NCBI RefSeq assembly: GCF_018350175.1
Contig: NC_058382.1
Location: forward strand, 55,926,001-55,990,000
Length of the DNA stretch: 64,000 nucleotides
Direction: 5' to 3'
DNA from: Felis catus
Taxonomy: Eukaryota
The number at the start of each line of letters is the position of its first letter. The stretch's first letter is position 1. Below the pieces are notes generated by a model. It searched no databases. It saw only the letters and a program-made list of their open reading frames with translations, and had not been told where the DNA came from. Of the stretch, positions 24,853-38,300 are shown one piece after another. Both the position numbers and the translations under genes were made by a program.

Positions 24853-26769
24853 CTTTAGATCATAATTTCATGTCAGTATAGTTCACAGATCTAGAACCAG
24901 AAAGAAGATGGGGTGAAACTAAAGATTACCTCTATTAATGCTGGCTTACAATGCAGTGCATGGTATGCAGAAACGATTTGTCTGAGAGCTCAATTTTCAC
25001 TTATGTGATTGTCTCAGCTATAGTGCTTTTTGCAAGGTGTGAGAATTTCCTGTTTACTTATCTGCTCGCAATCTAAAATGTGCATTCCTTGAGGGCCAGG
25101 ACTAGGTTATGTTTACTGTCTTATTCCCGGAGGCTTGCGTAATCCTGGCCGGTCCTAGGTGCTCAAAAGTTTTCTTGAATGAAACATGGCCTTCTCACAA
25201 TGACGGTGAAGCATATTGTAAGCACAAGTGACTTGTCAGGAGGGTGAATCTCTGCATTGTTTTAATGAGAAATATTTGAATCTTTAGGGTCGAGGTCACA
25301 TGCCCACCCCTGTGTGATGGACAGCCTGGTCTGCTCTTAAGGAGTGCAAACATTAAGGAAATAGCAATGTGTGTAATCCTTTCCTTGAAGATCCTGGCCA
25401 CCCTGAGGAGTCCAGCTCTTAGGCAAGGAGAGCCTGTTATTCACAACCAATGTTTACTAAACAAAACAACTCTTTCATCATCCCTGACTTAGCTTGAACT
25501 CACCCCAGAAAGCAAAGCCTAATGTGAGGGATTGTGTGATTCCAGGAAATAGGATGGGAACTTGGGGAGAGTGTGACAGGGAAGGAGGGATGGTCCCTTC
25601 AAGGGAGCAGATGCAGACAGAGAGTGGAAAACTGAGACACATTCCTCCCAGGACCCTCTGAGAAGAGCCACAGAATAAAAATGTCTGTCTCTAGGAAACA
25701 GTTATCTCTAGAAGCCCTATTGGTCAGGGTTCGTCCACGGGATGTCAGCTCCCTCTGATTCCCGGGCTGTGCTAGCACGAGTGACCCCATGGGTTCCTGC
25801 GGGCATTCCAGTCCACAGTGTCTGAGGAACCCCAGGGCAGAATGCAGGAATGAGAGGAGCATCTGAACCCTGTGCCGTCTGATCACACCTGCGGGAAGCT
25901 GGTGTCACAGTCATGGGTGGGAAGTGTGTGGAGTAGGGCTCAAGGAGTGGTCAGCACAGTCTGCTAGTTTAGATATGGACTTTAAAGGTCATTTATGAGG
26001 ATCCATATCCTACTAGAATGGGCTTATAAGCTTGAAAGGTTAATACCTGGTAGGATGCCTTAGAGAAACTGAGGCAGAAGATAGTCCTGGGGGTACAATC
26101 AGCACAGTGTAGTAGATATGGACCCAGTCTTTTGTATCAAACATTCCTGGTTTTAAATTCTCCCTCTGCTGCTTCACAGAGTGAACTTGAAAACATTATT
26201 TAGTCTGTTTAGGTTATAGGTTTGCCATGATACTAATGGCAACCTCATACTGTTTAAGTTGTGGATCTTTTATCAGGAAGATGTATTCCTATGTTGCTGT
26301 CATAACTGGATATAATAAAATGATGTTTGAATGGGTATGAAATAGATTTGCAACAGGTTTTTAAAAAGGAACCACAACTTGTAGGGTTGATAAGACCATT
26401 ACATGAAGTATGCTTATACGGCCATTATCCCAGAGGAAACCTTTAGTACATGGTGGTCTTCTTGCTGGTGATGAAGAAGAAGAGGAGGGGGAAGGAAGGC
26501 CACCAGAGTAGGTATAGGAGGAAGGAGTACCCCCCAAGATCTTTGAAAGGGAAGACCAAGGGTCTGTGGGAACTTGCTGGTCCCTACCTTCCCCATTCCC
26601 TCATCTGGCAAGGAGAACTGGTGTTAGTGTACTTCCAGCGACAGCCATCACTGGCTCAGAACCTGGGAAGAACGTGGGCCAGCAGAGAGGACTCAAAAAT
26701 AGTGCATGAGAAGGTGATATAGACCAAGAGAGGGGAATGTGAGGCCAGGACTAATGGGGGTTAACACAG

Positions 26770-27000
26770 CAGCTGACATTTACTGAGCACTTCTAATGCG
26801 TGGTTCTGTTCTGAGAACTTTCTGCTTATCATCTGTTAGTCACAGATCGTCTAAGCACCGTAATTTACATTTTACACATCACGACTCTGTGGCTTGGAGA
26901 GAATAGGTAATTTGCCCCAAGTCACAGTGCCAGGAGGGCAAAGCTGAGAACTGAAGCCAGGAAACGTGATCCCAGAATCTACGTATGAAATTGCCCCCTT
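26770..27000 (-). mobile_element. MIR SINE
   Basis: 'agctgacatttactgagcactt...ggtaatttgccccaagtcacag'. Confidence 0.6.
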
Positions 27001-27167
27001 GCATTGCCTGCTGTAGCAATTGCTTCTGGTTCACACCTGGCCTGGGAAGTGGGGATAACACAGGGACACAGAGCATTTCTCAGGCCCTAAGTTACGAATA
27101 TGCACTATGACATATGCTTCAGTAATTGAGTAAAATGTTGATGAGTTACTCTATCATTGATTACTAT

Positions 27168-27593
27168 TGTATTTGTTAGGGTCCCAGCAGGAAGGAGAGT
27201 CATACACACACTGGAATAACTTGAAGAAAACCGAATAGACTATTTACAGAGGTGTGGGAAGATTTGGGGACAACTACTGAAGGACAGGGCAGCACTTGAG
27301 AGCCATGACCTGAAAGTGCAGGGAGAGAGGGGCCACAGAACCCGGAGGGAGCACTCAGTGTCGGGAGACCTGGTCTTCCTAGAGGGACACAGCCAGGGAG
27401 GGAACCAGAGGAGGGGGTGCCTTAACCACACCTGCTCCTATCTGATGTCCTGCTGGTAACTTCCACTAGTCAAATCTGAAAGGAAGCCAGAGGAGAGAGC
27501 TAGGGGAGAAAACAGCCCCTAGAGGCCAGGGTCTTGGAGCACAAAGGTAGATAGAGACAAGTTGATCTGATATGGTGAATGGGTGCACCCAAC
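27168..27593 (-). mobile_element. ERVL-class solo LTR (LTR41-like, family uncertain)
   Basis: 'tgtatttgttagggtcccagcaggaa...gactatttacagaggtgtggg...ggaagccagagg'; TG...CA termini. Confidence 0.6.
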
Positions 27594-27654
27594 ACTATTG
27601 CCAACCTGCAAATCTATATCCTGGGAGGTATCTGCGGTGTTCAGAGAGGGAGTA

Positions 27655-28016
27655 TTATCCTTCCAGTGGAATATTCTTCACCCAGAAAAAAGAACGAAGT
27701 GCTGGCATGCACTTCAACTTGGGTGGACTTTGACAACATGATGCTGAATGACAGAAGACAGACATGGAGGCCACCTGTTGCATGATTCTGGAGATGTCCA
27801 GAACTGACAAACACAGGGTGAGAGGAAGATTAGGCTCACCAGGGCTTGAGAGAGGAAGGAATGGAGAGTAGCTGCTAATAGGTACTGGGTTTCCTTTTGG
27901 GGTGGTGGGGATGTTCTGGAACTAGACAGTGGTGATGGCTGTGTAGCACTGTGAATGTGGTAAATGTCACTAACAGTGAATTTGATGTTATGCATTTTTT
28001 ACTACAATGAAATAAA
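27655..28016 (+). mobile_element. L1MB-like 3' end
   Basis: 'gggtttccttttggggtggtggggatgttctggaactagacagtggtgatggctgt..ca.tgtgaatgt'. Confidence 0.8.
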
Positions 28017-28059
28017 CTGATAGATGAGAGGGAACTTCCTTCTCACGATTTGTCTTTTA

Positions 28060-28445
28060 TTCACTCTCTGGGCAGACACCAGAACGCACCTGACACTTTC
28101 TTGCTAGAAGGTTGGTGGGAGAGTCATGCTCGCTGTCAGTGGCCCAGCTTCCCACTCCGGTGCCCGCTACTGTCCACACACACAGCGGTGCCAGGGAATC
28201 GCCAGCTCCTAGGAGGCCAGCCAAGCACTGGGTGGAGTCAGTAAACACCAGCTTTCTTGTCCCACAGGTGGGGTCTCAGGGAGGCGTGTGCCCCACACCT
28301 GTTCCTGGAGGCCCCCCCCCCCCCCCCCCCCCCGCCGCAGGCCTCCAGGTAGCTGCAGTAGTTGACTGACAGCAGCATCATTCTACTCCCCTTTCTCCTC
28401 CGCGTCTCACTTTCCCACTTACCTGCCGGTGCGCCCACATCTCCC
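28060..28445 (+). mobile_element. LTR33-like ERVL LTR with an internal C22 run
   Basis: 'gtgccaggga...cagccaag...taaacaccagct...gtctcactttcccact'. Confidence 0.5.
28312..28333. repeat. Poly-C tract (C22)
   Basis: Homopolymer seen directly. Confidence 0.95.
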
Positions 28446-28623
28446 GGATCAGCTGCAGCTCTCAAGTGCTGTCTGAGGATTTATAACAACTATAAAATAA
28501 TAATAGATAACATGTATTGAATTCTTTTTATTAAAATATGTATGGGAAGAGACTGGCTTGTGTTCATTTTGCCTCTCCTCTTCCCATGATAAGGCTGTCT
28601 TTATGTATGAGGTGAACGCCCAT

Positions 28624-29020
28624 CACTGGTTCTTACATGTGCGTGTTAGCAGAAGCCCCCAGGGAGAGTAGCAAAAGTGCGGCTTCCCAGGCTCTGCCCT
28701 CAAATATGCCGATTCAGTAAGTCCAGATGCAGGGTCTTGGAATGTGCATTTATCAAGCTCTTCAGATTTTTTTAAAGTTTATTTATTATTGAGAGAGGGG
28801 CGGGGGAGAGAAACAGAGAAAACATGCAGGGGAGGGGTAGAGAGAGAAGGAGACCTAGGATGTGAAGCCAGCTTGAAGGGCTCAAACTCACAAATCCTTG
28901 AGATCGTGACCTGGGTTGAAGTCTGATGTTCAACCTACTGAGCCACCCAGGCGCCCCAGCTCTTCAGATTATTCCTGTGCAGGATAGAGGAGGAACAGTC
29001 TCTACGGAGAAATTCTGGAC
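28624..29020 (+). mobile_element. MER5B-like hAT fossil, split by a SINE
   Basis: 'ctggttctta...cccaggc...gattcagtaagtc...ggaatgtgcattt..caagctc', resuming after the SINE. Confidence 0.55.
28767..28957 (-). mobile_element. Can-SINE with an internal deletion
   Basis: Head 'tgagccacccaggcgcccc'. Exact TSD agctcttcagatt at 28756-28768 and 28958-28970. Confidence 0.93.
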
Positions 29021-32000
29021 AGTGGTATCATGCAGACTGACAGGGGAGGCCATGTGATGCAGGTATCCCCAAACACCTGCTCAAATCCCCCAAATTCTGC
29101 AGGGAGAAATACCCCACTATACATTTACTTCCTCTTCAGCTGGTGGAGTCCACATCCACATCCACGTATGGAGGTTCATTTCGGTATTTAATAATCATTA
29201 AGTAAAGAGAGAGTGAAATATCTACACTGTGTAATTACATAAAACATGCTTCTGGCAATATTTGCCCCCTTGGAAATTCAAATTGGAAGTCTCTAAGGAG
29301 CAAGGTTGTATTCTTGGAGGTGGACACAAAGTAATTGAGCTTAGCTAATGGAGATAATTAATTAGGAAATGGTTGTGCTTGCTTCTAAGAAAAATATTGG
29401 AAGGATCTCCCAGAAGGCCTAGCCCTCTCTGCCCTTGCTATTTTCAGAAGTCAATGACACCTAGGGAGACTGGTATTTCCTCTGAGTCATGGCCTGGCCA
29501 CACTCAGGATTTGAGGGGACAGAACACAAATAGCTTGGCCCAACCCTGAGAGTGTCTGGGCTCTACCTTCAGGAAACTACCCCATTCAGCCTGGGGTTGG
29601 GGTCCCATTCCTCCACTTATCAGCCTCTGAACTGAGCCAAGTTAGTCAACTTCCATAGGGCGTAGTGTTCTCATCTTAAAACCAGGAGTTATAATCGTAA
29701 CAACACAAATGGGTACCAGCAAGACAACACTCTCTCTCTCTTTCAGCAGAGGGTCTTGTTTTCCTGTATCTGGGTCACCTGTTTGACCCTTTTTGCCCAA
29801 GTTGGGTCTGCCTGAGCCTAGCATTCTGGCGTGATCTTTGTAGCTTGTCTGTTTGTCACTTCTCCTTCCTGCCCCTCTCTGTTTCCAAAGGCCAGCCCAT
29901 TCTTGCCTAATATGCCAGGCTTTCTGGGCCTACTCCTACTGCTGCCACATGACAGTGTCATGAATCTTCCAGCCCAGCCCTACATTTTGTCATCCCTGTG
30001 GTAGGGAATGATAACACAGTGGTAAGAGGTTTATTCAGACCCTCTAGCTTCCTCTTCCCTAATCATATCACACCAGGATGGGCCAGGACAACAAGTCATC
30101 TTTGGAAATATGGTTGGATCAGAAGAATCAACAGCTCTCAAGGGGCAGAAGAATAAGGGGGCAAGTCATAGAGGTCATGGGCAAGGCATGTGAGCCATCA
30201 TGGATGGAAGAATGCATTCATCATCTGGGCAAAACCTCATTTGTCTTGCTCACCATGCTGTCTATACCGTCTAGCTCAGTCGGTAATTGTGCCATGAGAG
30301 AGAAGCTGACATCCGAGCCAAAGAGGCAAAGACTTGACCTGGAGGATGTTTTTACTTTCTGGTGTGGCAAACATTACATTACATGTTATTAGGATATGCT
30401 ACAGTAAGGCTTCTGTTTTCTATGTTGATGAAAATGCAAGCTTTTTTATTCTGTTATAGAACTAATAGAATCATAGCACATTTATCCTTGACTTTTCTGT
30501 CCTCTTATTAGATCCACTCTGGGAAGTTGGGTGGGATGTGTCTTTCCCCCATCTACCCTTTCCCATTTATACTGGAGCAATCGAAACCAGCAATGAAGAA
30601 TTAATGAATAGCCAAGATCCATGTGGGAAGACTGAGGAGAAGTTCCTTGGGGGAGTGAGGGACTCAAGCCTATTTAGGGGAAAAGGTCTAATAAGGAGAA
30701 AATACCCAGGTTCTTGTACCTACAGACATCTTTTGGTGTCCAGGATTAGAAGGCAGGTTGAATAAGCATAGATCCAGGATTCAGAACAAAAGGGTGGCGG
30801 TGAGAGTGTACCATGGAGTCTGATGTAAGCATTCCTGCCACTTATCCCATTGGGGCCAGATAGGAATGTCTCTGGGTCATCGGTCCCTTAGCTATAATGA
30901 TGCATCTCTATCTGGGATAGCAACCAATTTTCATTTTGTGAGTCAGCTGTCATGTAGAGGCTGCCTAAATCTCTGTACTTCTGAAGCTCATCAGGAAGGT
31001 GTGCTGCAGTTGATGAGTGATGTCTGCCACAGGCATAGGTGTAGAAGTTTCATCATGTATACCACATGCTCACCATCTCAGGTTAATGTATATGCAATGA
31101 AGTCAAGACTTGGGGAGTTGCCTCAGTATATAAGGACTCTTCCGAAAATACTTCCTTGAAAAATACAGATCCTCCAGATCGGTCTTATCTGGAGTCTAAT
31201 TTGGTTATAGAAAACAGAACTATTTATAATTGTTTTTGACCCCTTTTCCAAATTATTAGTGCTTTGGCATAAAAGGGAAAGGCAGAGAAGATGCACCACT
31301 TTGGGGATTATCCTTTACAAACATGACTTTTAGGTGCACCATGAACCTGAACTCAGAGCCAGACCTCAGTCCCTGACTTAAGTTCTGCTTTCTTAAGGCC
31401 ATAGCCTCCTTCTCAGAGTTGCGGAGGATAAGAGTAGAAGACAAATAACTTGTGTGTTCTTTGAGAAAAAAAATCACATTTAAAAAGTGGCTTGACAGTG
31501 GCTAAATTCAACTGTTTATCATGTAATATACTGGAGTCTGGCAAATTTAGCTGAGCTGGGTGAAACTTAAGACAAAGGGTACATCACCTATTACAAAGCA
31601 ACATGTGTGTTTTGTGTGTTTGCCCAGCAAACTTGTAAGTAATTTAGAGCACAGCCATTGGCAGGCAAGTTCTATTTTGGAGCAGTGATCCAATGAAAAA
31701 AAAAAAGCCTCCGTTTTATTGAAAGACTATGAGATCATGTCTACACCTTAAAAAGTGACACCTGGGTCAAGAACTGTTAGTAACTGACAAAGATGTGTTT
31801 GCACATGTATAAATGTGTGTGTGCATTTGCATGTGCATGTCCCTCTGTGTACATATGTGTGTGCAGGGACAGGTCCTGGTGTGTGAGCTTTTGTATGTGA
31901 AACAGGCTTCTCAGGCTGTGAGGAGGCCAGTGGGTGTTCAACCAGGCTTGGCTCAGGCAAGCCATAGCTTTGGTTGTGTGATTTGATGCTCAGTTCTTGG

Positions 32001-32105
32001 GTTCTATGAAGAAGTTTGACCATTTCTAGAATTCTAGAATGTTTACCATGTAGGTGACATTTCAGAGTTCTTCAAACAGAACCTTAGTTTTATATACAAA
32101 CAAGC

Positions 32106-32322
32106 TTTAAAAAATTCTTAAGCTTATTTATTTATTTTGAGAGAGACAGACAGAGTGAGAAGGGGAGGGGTCAAGAGGGAGGAAGAGAGAGAAAATCCCA
32201 AGCGGGCTCCACACTGCCAGTGCAGAGCCCAGCATGGGGCTCGAGCTCATGAACTGCGAGATCATGACCTGAGCTGAAACCAAGAGTCAGACGCTCAACC
32301 GACAGAACCACCCAGGCTCCCC
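32106..32322 (-). mobile_element. Can-SINE
   Basis: Body and head match the family. TSD aacaa(g/a)cttt. Confidence 0.95.
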
Positions 32323-34934
32323 AACAAACTTTTTGATGAGTGTTTTTCAGGCACACCTCTTATGAATGGTCCCCACTTAGATATCATGGTGTCCTGTGGG
32401 AGTCAGGTCATGACAAACAAGCCTGGTGCCTTTGCAGAGAGGGCTGAGTAATAAGGTGGAAAGAGCGTATCTCTCTTCCATGTTATCCTTAATGAATGAG
32501 AGTTAGCATTTTCCTGCTCACTGCAAAAGGAAATGATAATGACCCTAGGCCCCCCCTTTCCATACCCTCCTCAGAGATTCGGGTAATGCATAATTAACTT
32601 AATCATCAGCGTTGAGGGTTATCATTTGCCACGAACATGTGTTTGGTGTATGTGGGTCCTGGAGAGAGTGACCGTGGAATTTCTGGTTCAAATCAGGATC
32701 CCCTTAACAGCAAAGGGAGCTGTTATTAATAATTATACTGAGGCAGTTACACTCAGCTGGAACCTTCCTGGGAAAAGTGCGACACGTACTCACCTTAGTT
32801 GGGAAAGATCTTGGAGCTTTTCCCTGCCAGTCCTGCAGAGGACACTGAGAGGAACAGAATAAATAGATCGCTGGATTCCTCAGGATTGACTCACTTATAA
32901 ATGCAGAGAATCTTAGCACATATTTGGGTATTAGCTCCACTTATGCTGCTGGTTACTGGGTGGGCAGAGATTATGGGAGGAGGCCTGAGGAATGCAGGCT
33001 TTCCATCTGTTTTTCCCAGAAGGGGCAGTGTGATGTGTGGATCAGAGAATGGTCTGGGAATCAACCAGACGTGTCATTTACCTGCTGAGGGGCCCTGGGC
33101 AGAGCTTCAGTTTTTCAGATCTAAAAGTAAGAACATTTGTTTCCTCAAGTGATGATTATGATTCCACGTGGTGACCTGTGGGAAAGATCCCAGCACCCAG
33201 CACACTTTTCCTCCTTGTAGCGAAGACCCAGAATGTCACTGATGCCCTGGGGAAAACAGACTGACTGAGAAGTGTGGTAACAAATGGGAGTTTATTTTAG
33301 TTATTATTTCAAATACTGGCCGTATCTCGGACCATAACTGCCCCACATTTGGAACGATTCAGGACAGACAATTTCTTGTTCAAACTACACCAAGACATTT
33401 CCTCCCTGGATCCCACTTATGGAGAGAAGCTACCAGGGGATTCTCTATTTTTCATCAAAGGGTTAGAAATGGGAGCTCAATATTAATAAGTCCTTGCTTA
33501 ATTAGATGAAGACATCATGTACGGGGAAGGCTGCAGCTATTTTCCCTTCACACGTATAGGGATCTGCTTCAAAGATTGTGCAGCTGGGGAGAGAGAGGAG
33601 GGGACCTGGCTTTTATATATTATAGTGTCAGCGGTGCCGGTCAGCAGGCAGGCCGGGTCCCCTCTCAGGATAGGTCCTTGCTTTAAAGCTGATGCCAGGG
33701 AGAAGTCAGGACCCCCGGACAGCATGAAGCAAGGGGTGGAAAGGAGAAAGCAAGGTTTGGCAGAAAAAGTAACCAAATCCTTAGCCTTTGGGGCATGTGC
33801 CGTGAGACTTTATTGTACTTTATTCCAAACATATGAGAAAAACCAAGTGGTATAAGCAGGGGGCCAAGCGTACTGGTCTATGGAGGATAAAGAGATCATT
33901 TACAATATGGTTGCTTTCTCTTTTGGTCTCACTCCATCAAAACTGTGCATTTTAAACTGGTGGCCCGATGGGGGCCTCTGTTCAAACTGGCCACCTTCAG
34001 GGCAGAAGCAGAGCCAGGACCAGTGGTCATGGGTGCTGAATGTTGGGCAGCCTGACAGGCATCCCCTAGACACACGTGCCTGGGATGGGGTTGGTACTCA
34101 CCTGTTCATCGCAACACTGCAACATTGCAACGAGGGATGTGGGCCCTCAGTGATTGCAGATATCATAGAAATGGTCCAAGTGCATAAATGAGACCAGTAT
34201 TTGTGGCTTTGGCTTTCCGTGGAGCCGTGCATAACTGGGGCTTCTGCCTGGAATCTTTAGAGTGCATAACCGCAGCCAGTCGCTTGGCTCTGGCTTCATG
34301 TAGACAAGCCAAGGGTCCTCTTGTCCAACACGGGTGCCACCTACCAGTAACTACTACCTGCAGGCTGCGTTCTGGATCTGCTGCTGGGCTTCACACCTAT
34401 CTGGGAACATCTGTTCCTTAAAACCAAGCACTTGAACACACAAATGTCCTAAGTGAAGATGAACCATGTAACTTAACGCACGTTTTTTAAACCTCTCTGA
34501 GCTTCTGCCTTTTAACCTGTAAAAGGGACCCACGATCACAGGGATGTTTGTGTACAGAATTAAATAACAACTAACTAAATAACTAAATCATTAAATAACC
34601 GTCAGAAATCCAGCATTGGTCTTTATTATTACTGCAGACTCTGAAGTTCATCAAAGGAGAGTCTGTGTTTTCTTGGTTGCACTTCCTGAGCTGGGCATCT
34701 GGTGGGGATTCACAAATATGTATTGAATTAAACATCAATCATGACAACATAGTTTAAAGACTAATAATTAAAACATCATTCATTGGATGTGAGTGTCTTG
34801 TAAAGCATTTTGAGATGTTGCTGTCAGTGTCTGCAAGAGGAAAATAAGGATTCAAGGATAATGCAAGTGAGTCTTTCCCAATTATTTGCTTTATTTTTTA
34901 TATGTTTGCAATATTTACAATAAAAAAATACAGT

Positions 34935-35161
34935 GGGGACACCTGGGTGGCTAAGTCAGTTGAGCATCCGACTTTAGCTCAGGTCATGATCTCACAGTTT
35001 GTGGGTTCAAGCCCCGCATCAGGCTCTGTGCCAACAGCTTGCTCAGAGCCTGCAGTCTGCTTCAGATTCTATGTCTCCTTCTTGCTGTCTGCCCCCACCC
35101 CAATCATGGTCTGTCTCTCTCTGTCTCTCAAAAATAAATAAATGTTAAAAAAAATTTTTTT
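34935..35161 (+). mobile_element. Can-SINE (SINEC_Fc-like)
   Basis: Full length. TSD aaaaaatacagtg on both sides. Confidence 0.96.
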
Positions 35162-36990
35162 AAAAAATACAGTGAAATATCCTAAGAAGACGGGAGAGGC
35201 CAGGGTGGTGGTTTGATAACCAAACAACTGAAGGAAAAGGGACCAGGATGAACACTTGGCCATTTGCTTCTTGGAGAAGGGAAGCCTGTGTCTGCACCAA
35301 GATGAGAGGGAGTGAGGGCTGTGGCCCAGCCTCCCTGACATGGTCAGTGCCTGAGAACACACAGAGTCAGGCACCAATGAGCACCAGCACACCTGGATTT
35401 TTATCCTTTTGGGATTGTATGCTTTGGCTTAAGAACTGGGTCAGCCATCTTCCTCACCTGCTAGGTGTATGTGCATAAAGAGAATAATGTGCATAAAGTA
35501 ATGGGTGCGTCCTAGTGGGCTTTATATATTTAGTTAGGTTTATTCCTCTAACGTGTCTACACACAAACTTTTTTTTAAAGATAAAACCAGTGTGTTAAAC
35601 TGTTCAGCTGCCATTACCTGGTAGGTTTGAAAGAATATCTGAATTAGAGATGGGCCCACACAGGTTCCAATGAGAATGGCTTTTTCTGCGGGTGTGAATC
35701 ACTGCTATTAAAAATTTATTCCAAGAATAAATTGTTGGCTAGCTATCCCATCCATCCACTCTCCTAGAAAGCCTATTTCATCACTTTGGTTCATTTCTAT
35801 GACAATCAGTCATATCAGTTTAGTAGTCTCCTTCTACATAGTGTTGGTTGCTTTATTTGTTTTCAAAGCTCTTCAGAAATGAATCTTGGAATTAGAATGT
35901 ATCTTTGAGGCCACCTGGTGTAAAGTCCTATGGATCACAGAAGTGACTTCTGTCACTTCCTTGTCACAGTCTCATTTGCTCTACTCTTGAAGATGGTTGT
36001 CTCGGCTGTTACTACAAACGGCAAGTGTGGTGGATGCCTTAATATACGCCAGGATTGAGGATGTGCACAGCCCCTCCCATTTCTATAAGCTCTGTAATGG
36101 AACTCCTGTCCTTGGAGCACCATGCCTCACAATTAACATGCTGGACAGTCTGGGCTGTCTGTTCCAAAGAGCAGACAAGCCACAGCTGAAGCAAACACAA
36201 TGTCTGAAAAAGAGACGATAATGTCTCCTGTCCCAGTGTCTCCCCTGACTAAGAACCGATCAGCCCCTGGGTGGGGTTGGGGGAGTACGCATGCAGAGGA
36301 ACAGTGCAGAACCAGTGGGTGTTCACCATGTAGGCTTCCAACAAGTTTTGGAGATGTGTCCACCCTAAAGTGTTCTTGTTTTTTAATATTTAGTTGGTAT
36401 TTTAAGATTTCGTTATAGATGAGGAATTTGGCTTAGACACAAGAATAACACATAAAAACCCCCCAAATTAAAAAAAAATTAACATCTAAGAATAGTGTTC
36501 CCTGTGGAATGATACTAGGCCTGGTTTTCCAGATCATTTATAGATTCATCTAAAATATTCTAGAATGAAAATACATGGTGCCCCAACATAGCCTCCTGGG
36601 TAGAATTCAGCTCATGGAATCTATCCCAGGAGCCTTTCATACAGATAGCTGTTTTGTCCACAGTGATAATCCAGAGCCAATGTGTTATGGAAGCTGAAAT
36701 GCCCACCACCATTTAGGAATAAGGAAAAGAAATGTCTATCCGTGGCCCAGCATTCTTATGCCTGTCCAGACCTGCATTGTGCTTGGGTGTGGCACACTGT
36801 GTCCACAGAGCTAGGGGTACTGGCTGACTGAAGCTGGTCCCAGCTATGGTCACTGAATTCCCTGTACCTTCATGTCACGTCATGGGTCATCTGACAGGAG
36901 CAGAGTCAGGAATGAGGGGCAGTGGCTTAGTTGCATGTGGCAAATAAAGAATCATCTACTTGGAAAGGTGAAGGCTGAGAAGCCAGTTTC

Positions 36991-37016
36991 TTTTTTTTTT
37001 TCCTTAATGTTTACTT

Positions 37017-37068
<52 letters not shown>

Positions 37069-37082
37069 GAGTTGGGGAGAAG

Positions 37083-37126
<44 letters not shown>

Positions 37127-37256
37127 AAGAATCCTGAGCAGCCTCCACGCTGTCAGTGCAGAGCCCGACGAAGGGCTCAATCCCATAATTGTGAGATCAT
37201 GATCTGAGCTGAAATTAAGAGTCGGATGCTTAACTGACTGAACCCTCAGGCGCCCC
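36991..37256 (-). mobile_element. Can-SINE with two expanded (GA)n tracts
   Basis: Head 'tcaggcgcccc'; GA tracts at about 37021-37064 and 37086-37123. Confidence 0.95.
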
Positions 37257-37712
37257 AACCCAATTTCTATAAAGACACATAAAGAGTAGAAGGAGAGTTG
37301 GTGAGGGAGATGTAAGGGAAAGTGGGGCTTTGGATCCATTTATGTAGTGCCCCCGGGCCAGGCACTGTGTTGAGCCCTGAGCATAAAATAGTCAACCAAA
37401 CACACAAGGTCTGACTGTCACGGAGCTGGGGAAGAGAGAACAAAGCATTTACTTTGTACACACTCTTACAGAATTTACTATGCGCCAGGTGCCCCCCAAA
37501 ATAATTTACAAATAAAACCTTACAGTGCTGTATATGGGAGGTCAAGTGAAATCTAATGCAGTAACACAAAGCATAATAAAAAATCCAGAGGACAAAACTG
37601 AAGCACAGAAGATTCAGTTACTTGCTGAAGGCCACACAACGGGCAAGGAGTGGCGCTATTCGCGGACTGTGAAAAGTATTAATGAAGGGCAATGAGCATG
37701 CTTTATGTAGAT

Positions 37713-37888
37713 CAGTGGTTCTCAAAATTCAACATGTATCAGAATCTTTGGTTATAAGCCAGGTTGCTGGCAGCACCCACATCATTTCTGGTTCAAGAGG
37801 CCCGAGAATTTGCATTTCTAACAGGTTCCGAGAGGATGCTGCTGCTGCTGGGGCCTTGTCACCTGGGGCCCCACTTTGAGGAACACTA
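37713..37888 (+). mobile_element. MER5A (hAT-Charlie)
   Basis: 'cagtggttctcaaa...ggcccgagaatttgcatttctaacagg...gatgctgctgctgctgg...cactttgag'. Confidence 0.88.
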
Positions 37889-37896
37889 CTCCAGGT

Positions 37897-38300
37897 GGTG
37901 TGGGAGATCCTGCCATACTCTGCCCAGATCCCTTTTCAGGCTCCAACCACCCATTTCCTAAACTGCAGGAATCTTGTCTGCTGACAGTTCATGGCTACAT
38001 CTCTTGGTCATTGCTCTCAGTCATTGCCTTGTTCAGGGCTAAGCTCTTGTCATGGGTGTGGGGTTGGGGGGCAGCTTATGGCCCGTGACCCAGGTTCTTG
38101 CCTTGGTTTAAGACAACCCTGGAGGGCCGTCAGCTCAGAGCTCCCTGTTAGATACCCAGAGGCTTCAGGCGCCATCTCATTGTGGCTTTCTTGTCCCTTT
38201 CCCCAGCCCCACGTTCCTCCCCCTCCTTATTAGATATCTCCAGGGAATAGTTATCAAAATCCTTCTGCATGCAGCTCTCTGGCTTAGAGCTGGTTTCCAT
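37897..38300 (+). mobile_element. LTR16-family ERVL solo LTR
   Basis: 'gcccagatccctttt...cttgcct...gacaaccctg...cagagctccctgt'. Confidence 0.55.

Noticed and set aside
26450..26722. Basic K/R-rich ORF resembling a nuclear localisation signal
   Set aside because: It arises from a purine-rich stretch, possibly old LTR debris, and has no other coding evidence.
32024..32039. 16-bp palindrome ttctagaattctagaa as a heat-shock element
   Set aside because: The nGAAn units are not in continuous 5-bp register for three repeats; it is probably a tandem duplication of ttctagaa.
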